Of a DNA stretch of 64,000 bases, positions 45,339 to 56,706 are shown piece by piece. The notes under the pieces were generated by a model. The model was not told the origin of the DNA. It worked only from the letters and a program-made list of their open reading frames with translations, and did not search any database. Position 1 is the stretch's first letter, and every line of letters starts with the position of its first letter. Source of the stretch: Thraustochytrium aureum (taxonomy: Eukaryota); NCBI GenBank assembly GCA_012862495.1, contig BLSG01000310.1, positions 77,312 to 141,311 on the forward strand, in the 5' to 3' direction. The position numbers and the translations under genes are program-made.

Positions 45339-48300
45339 ATGGACGGGCTGCTTAAGACCGCGCAGGTCCGGCAGGCTTGCCAAGGGATCTGGACATTGCT
45401 GCCGAGGTCGAAGAATGGCGTGATCTCCAAATCGACCTTTCAGGCGCTCGTGGAGCGCGTTGCCCTTGCCACGGTCCCTGGGTGCTCGATCGAGAGGGCG
45501 AGGGCAATGGCAGTGCAAGGATCGTCGACAGTGGGCGAGTTATCCAAGGACGAGCTCACTCGCTGGCTCGTCAGTGTGGCCCAGCTGTCGTGCTCGACGC
45601 TGTCCGTGGCCGAGCTGGTTGCGTTCCTAGTCGCGCTCAAGCTGCGCATTGCGGCGATCACCTTGCAACTCGGCAAGACGGACACTGTCGAGTTTTTCCC
45701 GACAAGCAGGCCGGCGTCCTCAGGGGAGGAACTGTGGGACCTGCAGCTCCGCTGCGCCCCGGGCGACTTTTACATGATGCCGCCTGCCGCGGTCTCGAAC
45801 GGCGAGGAGACCGCGCAGCTTGTATTCGTGNNNNNNNNNNNNNNNNNNNNNNNNNNNNNNNNNNNNNNNNNNNNNNNNNNNNNNNNNNNNNNNNNNNNNN
45901 NNNNNNNNNNNNNNNNNNNNNNNNNNNNNNNNNNNNNNNNNNNNNNNNNNNNNNNNNNNNNNNNNNNNNNNNNNNNNNNNNNNNNNNNNNNNNNNNNNNN
46001 NNNNNNNNNNNNNNNNNNNNNNNNNNNNNNNNNNNNNNNNNNNNNNNNNNNNNNNNNNNNNNNNNNNNNNNNNNNNNNNNNNNNNNNNNNNNNNNNNNNN
46101 NNNNNNNNNNNNNNNNNNNNNNNNNNNNNNNNNNNNNNNNNNNNNNNNNNNNNNNNNNNNNNNNNNNNNNNNNNNNNNNNNNNNNNNNNNNNNNNNNNNN
46201 NNNNNNNNNNNNNNNNNNNNNNNNNNNNNNNNNNNNNNNNNNNNNNNNNNNNNNNNNNNNNNNNNNNNNNNNNNNNNNNNNNNNNNNNNNNNNNNNNNNN
46301 NNNNNNNNNNNNNNNNNNNNNNNNNNNNNNNNNNNNNNNNNNNNNNNNNNNNNNNNNNNNNNNNNNNNNNNNNNNNNNNNNNNNNNNNNNNNNNNNNNNN
46401 NNNNNNNNNNNNNNNNNNNNNNNNNNNNNNNNNNNNNNNNNNNNNNNNNNNNNNNNNNNNNNNNNNNNNNNNNNNNNNNNNNNNNNNNNNNNNNNNNNNN
46501 NNGAGGCAGAGGAGGGCCGGGAACGTGCCGCCGCTGAAGCAGCTGCGAAGCGCAACGCACTCGGCGATGATGGCCAATTGGACGCGGACGAGCAAGGGGG
46601 GGAGGAGCACTCTCAACCTGGGGAAGCCGGCGAGTCCGACTCACCCGAGGACGCCGCCGCCTCCGATGCGCGACCAGCAGCGGCACCGGAGCTGACCTGC
46701 GAAGAGGATTTGGCGCTTCTGCCGAACTCCGACCCGCGGGTAGTACGCGAGCTGTGCGAGGAGTCGGTAAAGACCCTGTCGCAGATTTGCGCGCGCCTCA
46801 GCGATGCAGAAAATGCCTGCGCGCTCACGGTGTTGCGGATTCCATTTGCACAGGCGATGCCCGAGCTGTGCAATCACGCCTTGTGCGTGGTTGCCGACAC
46901 GAGTTCAAACCCTCTGGAGATCCCTCGGCCTGGGTTTGTACCGCAGCTCAACGTTGCGCGGCCTCTGAACATCGATGAAAGCGAGGTCGCAGAACTTGTT
47001 CGACAAGAACTTGGTGGGGTCGCTTGCACTCCAGCCAGCGGCAGCGCTACGGAGGGCGGCGAGCAAGCAGACCAGGCTGACGGCGCTCAGGATGAAGCTC
47101 CAGAGGACCCCCAGGCCGCCGAGGACCCTAGTTTGCCGGTGACTGCGGAAGAAATCGCCGCCAGGGCAGCGACACTATACAACATCGCCGTCTCGGTCCC
47201 CACGGCCATGGAGGCCCCAGCTGCTGGCAGCGAGGCCCAAGGCGACGAGGAGGACGAGGGCCAAGCAGAGACGCGGCCGGAGCTATACAGCTCGAGGAGT
47301 ATCGGGCCGTGGGGGTTTACATGCCCAGTGACCTGTGAAGAAGGCCGAGCCGCTTTCGCAGCTTTGTACCAGGGCAAGGTGTACTTTTGCGGCTCGCGTC
47401 TGAGCCTCGCCAAGTTTTTGGCTGCTCCAGCGCGATTCGCAAAGCGCACTCCTGCTTGTGCAGGTCGCGTAATTCTCCTGGGAGAAAGCGCGTGGGCAGA
47501 AGCAGTTGCTTCTGCGAACGGATGGACGCTTCTCTCTGCCTCGGAAGCCGCAAGCCCGGAAGACCTGGCGCGTGGTGCAGAGGAAGACCATGGTTGCAAA
47601 TGGGCTCTCGCGGCGGACGCGCACGTCGCTCATCTCCAGGGCCCCGGCGCAGTGTTGACTGCGCTCCAACAGGCCCGAGCAACGCCCCGCATCGTCCTCG
47701 TTCAAACGGCGACCACCAGCGCTCCGCCTCGGGAAAGCCCTCTGGAGGGAGAGTCGGAGCAAGTCGAAACCGAGGTGGACAACATGCCCGACGCCGCTCT
47801 GACGGCCCCTGTTCTGGGCGACATCGCGCAGTGGACCGCAGCCTGCGACGCGAGTGGGGTCCCCGTGAGGTTGGTGCCAAGCGCGGAGGCCGCGCAGGCC
47901 GACCTGAACGCAGTGTGGAAACAAGCCAACGAGCACGTCGAGCGCGCCTACTCGGACGGCGTCCAAGCCGAGCAGGCGGCTGCCGCCCTTGGATGGAGCG
48001 AGAGGTACTGCCCGGTGACGTTGCGGCGGACCGGTCGCCTTGTCCCGGGGCAGCCGGAGTGCTTTGCTTTCCGCAAGGGCGAGTTTCATCTGTTTGCCCA
48101 TGAGGAGGCGCGAGCCGACTTTTTGAACCAACCCGAGGCGTTTTCCGGTGTCGCCTCTGCGGCGGCGGCAGTTCGACGGCCTGAGCCAGTCGTACTTGTG
48201 GTTGGTTCGTGCGCGTCGGGCAAGACAGCCGTTTGCGCACAGCTGAGCAAAGCGCTCAACTTGCCCCACGTCGGAGACGAAGCCCTCCAGGGCTTTGTTC

Positions 48301-50750
48301 GCAGGCAGCGCGAGTCGGAGCTACAAGCTCGCGCGGCGGAGAAAGATGCCGAGGCAAGAGCCGCGCGCGAATCCGCGCAAGACAGTGACATTCCGAGCGA
48401 CTCGGCGGAGGAGCGAGAGCCGGAGGCCGAACCCCAAGCGAGTCTCCCAAACGACGACGCGTTGACCGAGGCGGCGCAACTACAGGAAGCAGCAGAAGCC
48501 GCTGCAGCTGCCAAAGCAGAGGCAGCCGAAATGAGCGCCTTTCTGAATGCCGCGCCAAGTGACCAAGAGCGCTTTGCCTTTCTCAAGGAGACTATCGAGT
48601 CACGCGCATCGAGCGGGTGCGTGCTGGACGGGCTCGTTCAGTCAGAAGAGCTCGCTGACCAGCTGGTGCAAGCGCTGCTGCACCCGACCCTTGTCCTTCG
48701 GCTTGCCGTTAGCGAGGAGGTTGCAGTGGCGCGCAGGATGGAGGCAGAGTTTTCGTGGACACCTCTTTCTGCCGCCGCTGGTGCCCAAGATGATGAGAAC
48801 GCGGCGGAATTGCCGACCAAGGAGGAGCTCGAAGACATGCACCAAGCCGCACGTGCCGAGGCTGCAGGGGCCTTTGCAGCTTCTGTTGCTGAGCTCGCGA
48901 CGGCTTCTGCGGCCGTCGCGGCCAGGCTGGCAGGGGCGGGGGTTCCTGTAAAGGTGCTTGATATGAACGGCGGCGCTGGGATTCTCCACCCCCTCCGCAT
49001 GGCTGAGGCCATTGTTCGCGCTGAGAGCCCTGCAAGCGGTGCGAAGGACCTCGACGCGCATCGCGCTGTGCAAGTGTCTGCAAATATGGCGTTGGCTATG
49101 CTTGCCACAGGTGTGGCGCACAGCGCCCCGTTCGGCCCGTACTGCCCGGTTTCGCACGCAAAGTCCGGTGCCGTAGTCAAGGGCGACGTGCCGTTCGTCT
49201 ACAACGGGGCGGTGATTTATGTCTGCTCTGCCGCAAAAGAGGCCTTCGCGTCATGGCCAAGTCGATTTGCTAGCACGATGGCCGGCGGTATCGGCCCGCG
49301 CCTCCGCGTGCAATGCGCAGTTGTCGGCAGCCCGATGGTGGGCAAAACGACGCTAGCCGTCGAGCTTGCAGCACGCCGCGGTCTTGCGCTCGTGGAACCC
49401 GAGAGCGCGCTTGAGGCTGTGCTGCAGTTTCGCGACCCCGTTTCTGGTGAGCGCCTTGCTCTCGGCGCGGCTGTTGCTGAGGGGATCGAGCGCATGGGGG
49501 AGGAGCAGTTTCGCGAGACGAGCGGCCGCAGCCTCGTGGCCCAGAGCATTGCCAGAAATTGCGCGCTGCTCTGTGGCGCGTCAGGGTACGTGCTGGATGG
49601 ATTTCCGAGGAGCGACTTTGAGCTCAATGCTTTGGCTCAAGCTGGCATAGCTCCAAACGTGTCCTTGCTTTTTGCGCCCGGGCTCGACTCGTGCGCGGTC
49701 AGAGACCGGGCGCTTCGGTCCGGGGCTGACCTAGCGAGCGCGCTGTCGAGGCACACGCGCGAACAGGTCGCTTCGCTCGAGTCGCGGCTCATGGACGAGC
49801 AGAGCACAGCAGGGAGCCGCGTCGTGTTGGTTGACCCTCTTGCGTCCAAGTGGACGATCCGACGCGGGGCCGAGCAGGCGCTCGACGAACAAGCGCTCTC
49901 ACTTCGCACGGTTCTTGACGGTTCCCAAGAGCCTGTCGAAAGCCCGTCTCCGCTTGCAGGCAGCTCGGTGCTGAGAGGGTCGGGCGCGATTGCGCTCGAC
50001 GGGCTCGAGCTGCTCGGCGCCAACCTGGGCGCTGTTGCTCGCGCGACAGGGGACTTTTGCGTGGTGACCTTTGCGCGATGTGGCAAGTTGGTCGCGTGCT
50101 GTCCGAGCCAGCAGGCGATCTTCCGAGGCGAGCTTTTTGGCCTTGCGGATGGGGAGCGGCTCGCGTCGTTTTTGCAGCGGCCTGAGGCGTTCGAGAGCGC
50201 CGCAGAACAGCTCCGTAGCGCGGTGGAACAGCTTCCGCTGAGCCCCGACAAGCTTCTCGCCGCAGGGATGCGCATCGACTACCTCGAGCAGACCGTTGTG
50301 CCCGTCCTCTGCGACGCCTTGGAGCGTGTTGGAGTCTCCAGGCTCAAGCACCCGTGCCTAAGTGCTAGGGCAACATGCCTCAAGCTGTTGGCGCTCCTCC
50401 TGCGCGCAAACAACCCCAGGGTGAGCGAAATCGCGCGTTCTGGGCGCCGCCGCGTTCTCGACACCTTTGTTGAGGAGTGCGAGCTCTATGCGAGGATCTC
50501 CACGGTGGCAGCCTGCGGCACGGGGCTGCGCGCAGTCCGCAAACACCGTGAGCAGAGCGCGACGCAGAATGAGATCGACAACCAAATGGCGCAAGAGATG
50601 AAAGCAGAGGGGGAGAAGGAAGAGGGCGACGAGAGGCTTGTGAACGACGACGACGACGACGACGAGCGCGCGGTGCTCGTCAGTAGATTCCACAAGCTCC
50701 TTCGGCAAAGCAGCGCAGTGCTCGCGGCGCGCCTCGACATCAAAAGCTAG
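45339..50750 (+). CDS. AK9: Adenylate kinase 9-like multidomain protein (AK and YHS-like domains), divergent; 5' end uncertain, one gap
   Basis: P-loops VVGSCASGKT and VVGSPMVGKTT, GCVLDG and GYVLDGFPR, four (Y/F/T)CPV-like...F...P..F YHS-like units, and C-terminal YLEQTVV..L..AL..VG..RLKHPCLS...LKLLALLLRANNP typical of AK9. Confidence 0.78.
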   Translation: MDGLLKTAQVRQACQGIWTLLPRSKNGVISKSTFQALVERVALATVPGCSIERARAMAVQGSSTVGELSKDELTRWLVSVAQLSCSTLSVAELVAFLVALKLRIAAITLQLGKTDTVEFFPTSRPASSGEELWDLQLRCAPGDFYMMPPAAVSNGEETAQLVFVXXXXXXXXXXXXXXXXXXXXXXXXXXXXXXXXXXXXXXXXXXXXXXXXXXXXXXXXXXXXXXXXXXXXXXXXXXXXXXXXXXXXXXXXXXXXXXXXXXXXXXXXXXXXXXXXXXXXXXXXXXXXXXXXXXXXXXXXXXXXXXXXXXXXXXXXXXXXXXXXXXXXXXXXXXXXXXXXXXXXXXXXXXXXXXXXXXXXXXXXXXXXXXXXXXXXXXXXXXXXXXXXEAEEGRERAAAEAAAKRNALGDDGQLDADEQGGEEHSQPGEAGESDSPEDAAASDARPAAAPELTCEEDLALLPNSDPRVVRELCEESVKTLSQICARLSDAENACALTVLRIPFAQAMPELCNHALCVVADTSSNPLEIPRPGFVPQLNVARPLNIDESEVAELVRQELGGVACTPASGSATEGGEQADQADGAQDEAPEDPQAAEDPSLPVTAEEIAARAATLYNIAVSVPTAMEAPAAGSEAQGDEEDEGQAETRPELYSSRSIGPWGFTCPVTCEEGRAAFAALYQGKVYFCGSRLSLAKFLAAPARFAKRTPACAGRVILLGESAWAEAVASANGWTLLSASEAASPEDLARGAEEDHGCKWALAADAHVAHLQGPGAVLTALQQARATPRIVLVQTATTSAPPRESPLEGESEQVETEVDNMPDAALTAPVLGDIAQWTAACDASGVPVRLVPSAEAAQADLNAVWKQANEHVERAYSDGVQAEQAAAALGWSERYCPVTLRRTGRLVPGQPECFAFRKGEFHLFAHEEARADFLNQPEAFSGVASAAAAVRRPEPVVLVVGSCASGKTAVCAQLSKALNLPHVGDEALQGFVRRQRESELQARAAEKDAEARAARESAQDSDIPSDSAEEREPEAEPQASLPNDDALTEAAQLQEAAEAAAAAKAEAAEMSAFLNAAPSDQERFAFLKETIESRASSGCVLDGLVQSEELADQLVQALLHPTLVLRLAVSEEVAVARRMEAEFSWTPLSAAAGAQDDENAAELPTKEELEDMHQAARAEAAGAFAASVAELATASAAVAARLAGAGVPVKVLDMNGGAGILHPLRMAEAIVRAESPASGAKDLDAHRAVQVSANMALAMLATGVAHSAPFGPYCPVSHAKSGAVVKGDVPFVYNGAVIYVCSAAKEAFASWPSRFASTMAGGIGPRLRVQCAVVGSPMVGKTTLAVELAARRGLALVEPESALEAVLQFRDPVSGERLALGAAVAEGIERMGEEQFRETSGRSLVAQSIARNCALLCGASGYVLDGFPRSDFELNALAQAGIAPNVSLLFAPGLDSCAVRDRALRSGADLASALSRHTREQVASLESRLMDEQSTAGSRVVLVDPLASKWTIRRGAEQALDEQALSLRTVLDGSQEPVESPSPLAGSSVLRGSGAIALDGLELLGANLGAVARATGDFCVVTFARCGKLVACCPSQQAIFRGELFGLADGERLASFLQRPEAFESAAEQLRSAVEQLPLSPDKLLAAGMRIDYLEQTVVPVLCDALERVGVSRLKHPCLSARATCLKLLALLLRANNPRVSEIARSGRRRVLDTFVEECELYARISTVAACGTGLRAVRKHREQSATQNEIDNQMAQEMKAEGEKEEGDERLVNDDDDDDERAVLVSRFHKLLRQSSAVLAARLDIKS

Positions 50751-51497
50751 ATTGCTTTTTCCTATTGCGTGCCGCACGGCGCTCTGGCCGGGCATGAGCC
50801 GCAAAATTAAAAAAAATTGTGAACGATTCCAAAAATGTGCAGCTGCTGCGTCGCTCTCCGCCCAGGCCCTCTTACCGTTGGTGAGCGAAGCCACTCCCTG
50901 GCGGCTGGGGCTCGCAGGCGTCGCATTGTTTCGTCGAGCGGCTGGTGATCCGCATGGCGATCGTCATCGTCTTCGTGCCGAAACGGACGTCGCTTTCTAT
51001 CGCCGGAAGACCGCCAATCGTTCGGTTCTTCGCCATCTCGAGTCTTTTGGTTCGCGCCCGCTCGATCTGTCCATGCTCGGAGATGAGCGTCAACAGGCCC
51101 CTGCGGAGCTCTGTACTGCCTGCGCGCGGGGCACCGTGGTGCGGGTTCGTTCGCACCTAGCACCGCAGCACCTGTGCCCGCGGAAGGCGTCCTGCACCGA
51201 TTCGGATTCCTGTGCCCGACCATGGCGTGCCCGACCAACGCGACGTGGGAAGATCATTTTTCGAGTGGCTTGCGATCGACGATCATTCTGAGGTGTTGGC
51301 CAAGTCGTTGGTCGTGGTTGCGGCATTCAATGGATCACGCAATTCCCCGGGGATGTGGATTTCCGCTTGGCGCGCTCTGGCGCGCAGGCGATGGGGCTGC
51401 GGCCGGCAACCGCATGGAGTCACATGACAGTCCAAAGAACAGCGCTTGTCTTGTTGATTGAGAGAGGAAGAAAGTGGATTCTGTTCTGATTCACATT

Positions 51498-54400
51498 TCA
51501 GTGCAGGCGGAGCTTGACAGCGCGAAGCGTCGCCCCTTGCCGAACGAGCTCCTCAGCTGCCAAGTAGTGGCCATTGGTGATGGCCAACTGCAGCGGAGTC
51601 CGTCCGTCGATGTCCTTGTGTTCGACCTTGCTCTTGCCTTGGGAAGCGAGGACGCGAATCACTTCTGGCACTCCGGCGATGCTTGCCCAGGAGAGCGCCG
51701 TCTGCTTGTTGCAGTCGAGGAGGTTGGGGTCTGCGCCGTTCTCGAGAAGCACCGCAACGACGTCGTGGTGGCCGAGAGCTGCCGCAAGGTGGAGCGGTGT
51801 CCAGTTCTGCGGTGGGACCGTCCCGTTGACGTTGATGCTGTCGCTCCCAGAGGCCAGAAGCGTTCTGACAAGTATCGCCGAGCCGCTCTCGCATGCCGCG
51901 ACGAGCGCGTTATGCGAGGCAATTGTGCGCAACCCAAAGCGCTTGTAGGGCTTGTACTGGCGAACAGGGTTCGTGGCGCCCAAAACAAGCGAGCCCGGCG
52001 CAGCGGAGGCCGCGTCAGCACTGTTGTGAGGCGCGGACCCGGGGGCGGCTGGCGTTTGGCCGAGCGAGGCTGGCCCCAGAGCGGTTGCGCTGCTCCCGTT
52101 GGCGCGGGCACCCGACGAGTCGACAGACGGCTCCTCGATCTTCATCATCTTTTTCCGTTTGTGGGGCCCGACCGCTGTCGTCGGGTTGTGGGCAAGGACT
52201 GGCCCTTGGCCTGCGGCGGAGTTGGCTAACGCGACGGCTTGGCCCGGCAGCCGCTCTGTTGGCGCGGGCGGATCGGGCGGCGTCCCGGGCGACGGCAGCA
52301 CGGCCTTGTGCGGCGCGGCTTTCGGCCCGGCACCGCTCTTCTTGGGCGCTTTGCCGCCTGACGAGGCCGGCGACCCCGAAGGCTTACCGAGGTCAGCGTC
52401 GCATTTGGCACAGCGCCGCTGTCAAGGAGCACCTTGACAACGGGCTGCTCGCCGCTCTGACACGCCCAGACCAAGAGCGACTGGCCGGTGTTTGGGTTGA
52501 CCAGCGAGTTGACGTCGACCTTGGCGCGATGCAAAATGCGCTTGAGCAGCTTGGCGTGGCCTTTCGTGACACAGATCATGGGGGCGGTGTTGCCTTGCGA
52601 ATCTTGCTCAGCCAGGTCGGCCCCCTCGGCGAGCAAAAGGTCGACGACGCCAAAGTCAGGTTGTGCGCGCTGGCAGGCGTCAATCAAGAGTCGGCCGAGC
52701 ATGGCCGGTTTGACGGCTGGCGCCATCTTGCCGATTAGCTGCCTCAGGAGCTCTGCTTTTGCCTTGCCTTCAAAGAGGCTCGCGATGAAGCCACTGTCGT
52801 GCTTCGCGAAGTCGGCAGGGGTGAGCTGCGCCCCGCAGTTGATGAGGGCTTCGACTTCTTCCTGGTGGCCAAGCTCGCAAGCCTCGATCAGCGGGGAGCC
52901 GAGCTGGCAGTCGACCTTGCCGCTCTGGACGAGAAGCTTGATGAATCGCGGCGTACGGTACTTTACGCAGGCGAGCAGGGGCGTGAGCTCGTTTTCGTCC
53001 ATGACGTTGGGGTCTGCGCCTGCTCCAATCAGCTGGAGGATCGCTTCGCGGACGCGGATCAGCACCTTTTTCTCGGTAAGGGTGCAGAGAAAGACCAAAG
53101 GCGGCTGCTGTGCGTGGGCACCTGCTCCCTTGGCCGTGCCGGTGGTGAGGTCGACCACGCCGAGGCGGGCCATGGAGGCGAGGATGTGGTGCAGCGCCTT
53201 GCCGCTGGGGATTGCCTTGGTCACGATGAAGAAGAAGAGCGCAAGGCGCACGGGGCTGCCCTGCAAGTCCCAGGCCTCCGAGNNNNNNNNNNNNNNNNNN
53301 NNNNNNNNNNNNNNNNNNNNNNNNNNNNNNNNNNNNNNNNNNNNNNNNNNNNNNNNNNNNNNNNNNNNNNNNNNNNNNNNNNNNNNNNNNNNNNNNNNNN
53401 NNNNNNNNNNNNNNNNNNNNNNNNNNNNNNNNNNNNNNNNNNNNNNNNNNNNNNNNNNNNNNNNNNNNNNNNNNNNNNNNNNNNNNNNNNNNNNNNNNNN
53501 NNNNNNNNNNNNNNNNNNNNNNNNNNNNNNNNNNNNNNNNNNNNNNNNNNNNNNNNNNNNNNNNNNNNNNNNNNNNNNNNNNNNNNNNNNNNNNNNNNNN
53601 NNNNNNNNNNNNNNNNNNNNNNNNNNNNNNNNNNNNNNNNNNNNNNNNNNNNNNNNNNNNNNNNNNNNNNNNNNNNNNNNNNNNNNNNNNNNNNNNNNNN
53701 NNNNNNNNNNNNNNNNNNNNNNNNNNNNNNNNNNNNNNNNNNNNNNNNNNNNNNNNNNNNNNNNNNNNNNNNNNNNNNNNNNNNNNNNNNNNNNNNNNNN
53801 NNNNNNNNNNNNNNNNNNNNNNNNNNNNNNNNNNNNNNNNNNNNNNNNNNNNNNNNNNNNNNNNNNNNNNNNNNNNNNNNNNNNNNNNNNNNNNNNNNNN
53901 NNNNNNNNNNNNNNNNNNNNNNNNNNNNNNNNNNNNNNNNNNNNNNNNNNNNNNNNNNNNNNNNNNNNNNNNNNNNNNNNNNNNNNNNNNNNNNNNNNNN
54001 NNNNNNNNNNNNNNNNNNNNNNNNNNNNNNNNNNNNNNNNNNNNNNNNNNNNNNNNNNNNNNNNNNNNNNNNNNNNNNNNNNNNNNNNNNNNNNNNNNNN
54101 NNNNNNNNNNNNNNNNNNNNNNNNNNNNNNNNNNNNNNNNNNNNNNNNNNNNNNNNNNNNNNNNNNNNNNNNNNNNNNNNNNNNNNNNNNNNNNNNNNNN
54201 NNNNNNNNNNNNNNNNNNNNNNGGCTTCCGCCTTTGCTTTGGCTTCAGCTTCCGCCTTTGCCTTGGCTTCCGCTTCGGCCTTCGCGTTGGCTTCCGCTTC
54301 CGCCTTTGCCTTGGCTTCCGCCTTTGCTTTGGCTTCAGCGTCCGCCTTTGCCTTGGCTTCATCAGCTTTCGCTTTTCTTCAGCTTCTGCCAGTGCTTCTG

Positions 54401-55721
54401 CTTTTGCCTTGGCTTCAGATTCCATCTCGACTTGCGCTGATTTGGCGTTGGCCTCCGCTTGATCTTTGGGGTTTTCTTGGACATCGTCGACGTCCAGCGC
54501 TTTCGGAGCGCTCTCCTTCTTGGGCCGCTTTGCTGGAGGCCCTTCGGGCGGCGACGCAGCCCCTGGCGCGGAATTGCCTGGCTTGATGTTAGGCGGAGAC
54601 TGGGAACTCGCCGACTTGGATTCGTTGTCCTTGCGCGAGATGGAAACCTGGAGAGCGGGCGGGGACAGTGCAGCTTGTGCAGGTGCATCAACATTGGAGC
54701 TGGTCACAGAGTCGGCAACAGGACCCGAGGTGAGCGCAGAGCGCCTTGGGCCACCGTCCGCGGACCCGTCAGCGTCGCTTGCTGGATGGCTGCCACCGTG
54801 CCCTTTCTTGCTGGACTTGGAGCGAACAAAGTGCACGTCGCCCTCCTTTTCCCACTCGAGGTCGCCGTCGTCGTATTGCACCAGCAGGACGCGCCGAGCC
54901 GCGTCCACTTCTTTGACCTCGCCATAGAAGTACTCACCCTCGCCGTTCCAGTACACTTTGCAACGACGCCTGACCGCACCCTCCGTCTTGCGCTTGCGTT
55001 TCTTGGTCGACTCGTCAAGGCGGTGTGCTCCGTCCGCGTCAGGTTGCGGCGTGGCGGAGCCGTCCTGCGCCTCGCCGGCGGACGATACGCTCGCACGTCG
55101 GGCAGCGGCGCGCTCTGCCGGCTCCGAGCCAAGCCAGCCCCCGGTCTTTCTTCTTCTTCTTCTTCTTTGTGGCGTGTGTCTCGGGTTCGCCGAGCTCGGG
55201 CTCCGCCGGCCGAGCGCTACCGACGGACTTTGCGTCTGCCTCCTCGGCAGGCTTTTGCGGCGGGGTGCGCGGCCGCTTGCGATGGTGCGGCTTGCTTCCA
55301 GACTGGTTGGCGCGCTCTGCACGAAAGTCGAGCGCCTCAAGGTACTCCCAGTAGCAATCGCCGTCATCGTATTTGACTTGATACTTTTTCTTTGGCCTGG
55401 TCGGCTTGAACTGCTTGACCGTGCCAACAAAGTACTCGTCTTCGCCGTCCCAAAAGACGCGCACGCGCTTCCCAACGGCTTCCTCGCCGGAGAAGAGCGG
55501 CTGGTCGTCCTCGTCGTCGTTCGCGTCGCCGTCCTTTTCGCCTCTGTTGCGGTCATCACGGCTACTGCCCGGCTGCTGCTGCTGCTGCTGCGGCGGCGGG
55601 GGCGGCGGCGGTGGCGGCGGGGGCGGCGAGGGCGGCGAGGTCGGTGCTTGCCCTGTTTGCCCAGCCCCTCCCCGGACCCCTTGCCCTGGTCGGCAACCTT
55701 CTCCTGGTCCGACTCGCCCAT
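51498..55721 (-). CDS. Two Tudor-like domains, an EAKAKAEA helical repeat and ankyrin repeats (several frame breaks, gap; may be more than one gene)
   Basis: Tudor: VGKRVRVFWDGEDEYFVGTVKQF..YQVKYDDGD and RRCKVYWNGEGEYFYGEV..LVQYDDGDLEW. Ankyrin: WTPLHLAAALGHHDVVAVLLENGADPN, GRTPLQLAITNGH, SPLIEACELGH. Confidence 0.72.
54223..54420 (-). repeat. Coding 24-bp tandem repeat encoding EAKAKAEA, running into the gap
   Basis: GCTTCCGCCTTTGC(C/T)TTGGCTTC-type units on the plus strand. Confidence 0.85.
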
Positions 55722-56706
55722 CGCGGCCAGCGCGCCCCTGCGCAGTCTCCGTACTCTCCTCGCGATCAGCAGCCGTAGCTCCCGCCGCCCATCCGCGTCG
55801 CCCGTCCGCCGCTCGCGCCCTTGGGCGCACAGCCGTCGTCCAGGCCGTCTCGCCCCGCCCGATTCTGCCCCTCAGCGCCGCAATGCGGCAGCCCGGCAGC
55901 CAAGCAGGCCGGCAGCCAAGCNNNNNNNNNNNNNNNNNNNNNNNNNNNNNNNNNNNNNNNNNNNNNNNNNNNNNNNNNNNNNNNNNNNNNNNNNNNNNNN
56001 NNNNNNNNNNNNNNNNNNNNNNNNNNNNNNNNNNNNNNNNNNNNNNNNNNNNNNNNNNNNNNNNNNNNNNNNNNNNNNNNNNNNNNNNNNNNNNNNNNNN
56101 NNNNNNNNNNNNNNNNNNNNNNNNNNNNNNNNNNNNNNNNNNNNNNNNNNNNNNNNNNNNNNNNNNNNNNNNNNNNNNNNNNNNNNNNNNNNNNNNNNNN
56201 NNNNNNNNNNNNNNNNNNNNNNNNNNNNNNNNNNNNNNNNNNNNNNNNNNNNNNNNNNNNNNNNGCGCTGCGGTCGCTGCAGTTGGGGCTCTGCTCGTCC
56301 TCCGAGTCGGCCAGCGCCGCTCTCTCTGCTTGATTTTTCCCCTGCTCAGGCGTTATTCGAGGGAGCGCGACCGGACCTCGGCGGCGCTCGTGCCTAACTG
56401 GCAGCTGGGAAGGGCTCTTTGTTCTTTGTGGGTTGTTGGTGACGGGCCAGGGCGGGTTGCCCGTCTGCGCGCGTAAGGTGACGGTTTGCGGATTCTTGAT
56501 GAAGATAGTTTGTGATGGTTTGTGCGCTGCTGTGCGGACGGGCCGGGACGCGAGACTTGGGCCGAGCAAGGCGGTGGCGTGGCGTGGTACTACTTGCGAC
56601 TGCATCTACTTTAGCGAGCTAGCTGGTTTTCCAGAGGAACTCGCCAGCGTGCAGTCGCAGCGGCGCAGCGAGAAGCACAGGTTGGGCTCGTTCGGCACGA
56701 CTGTGT

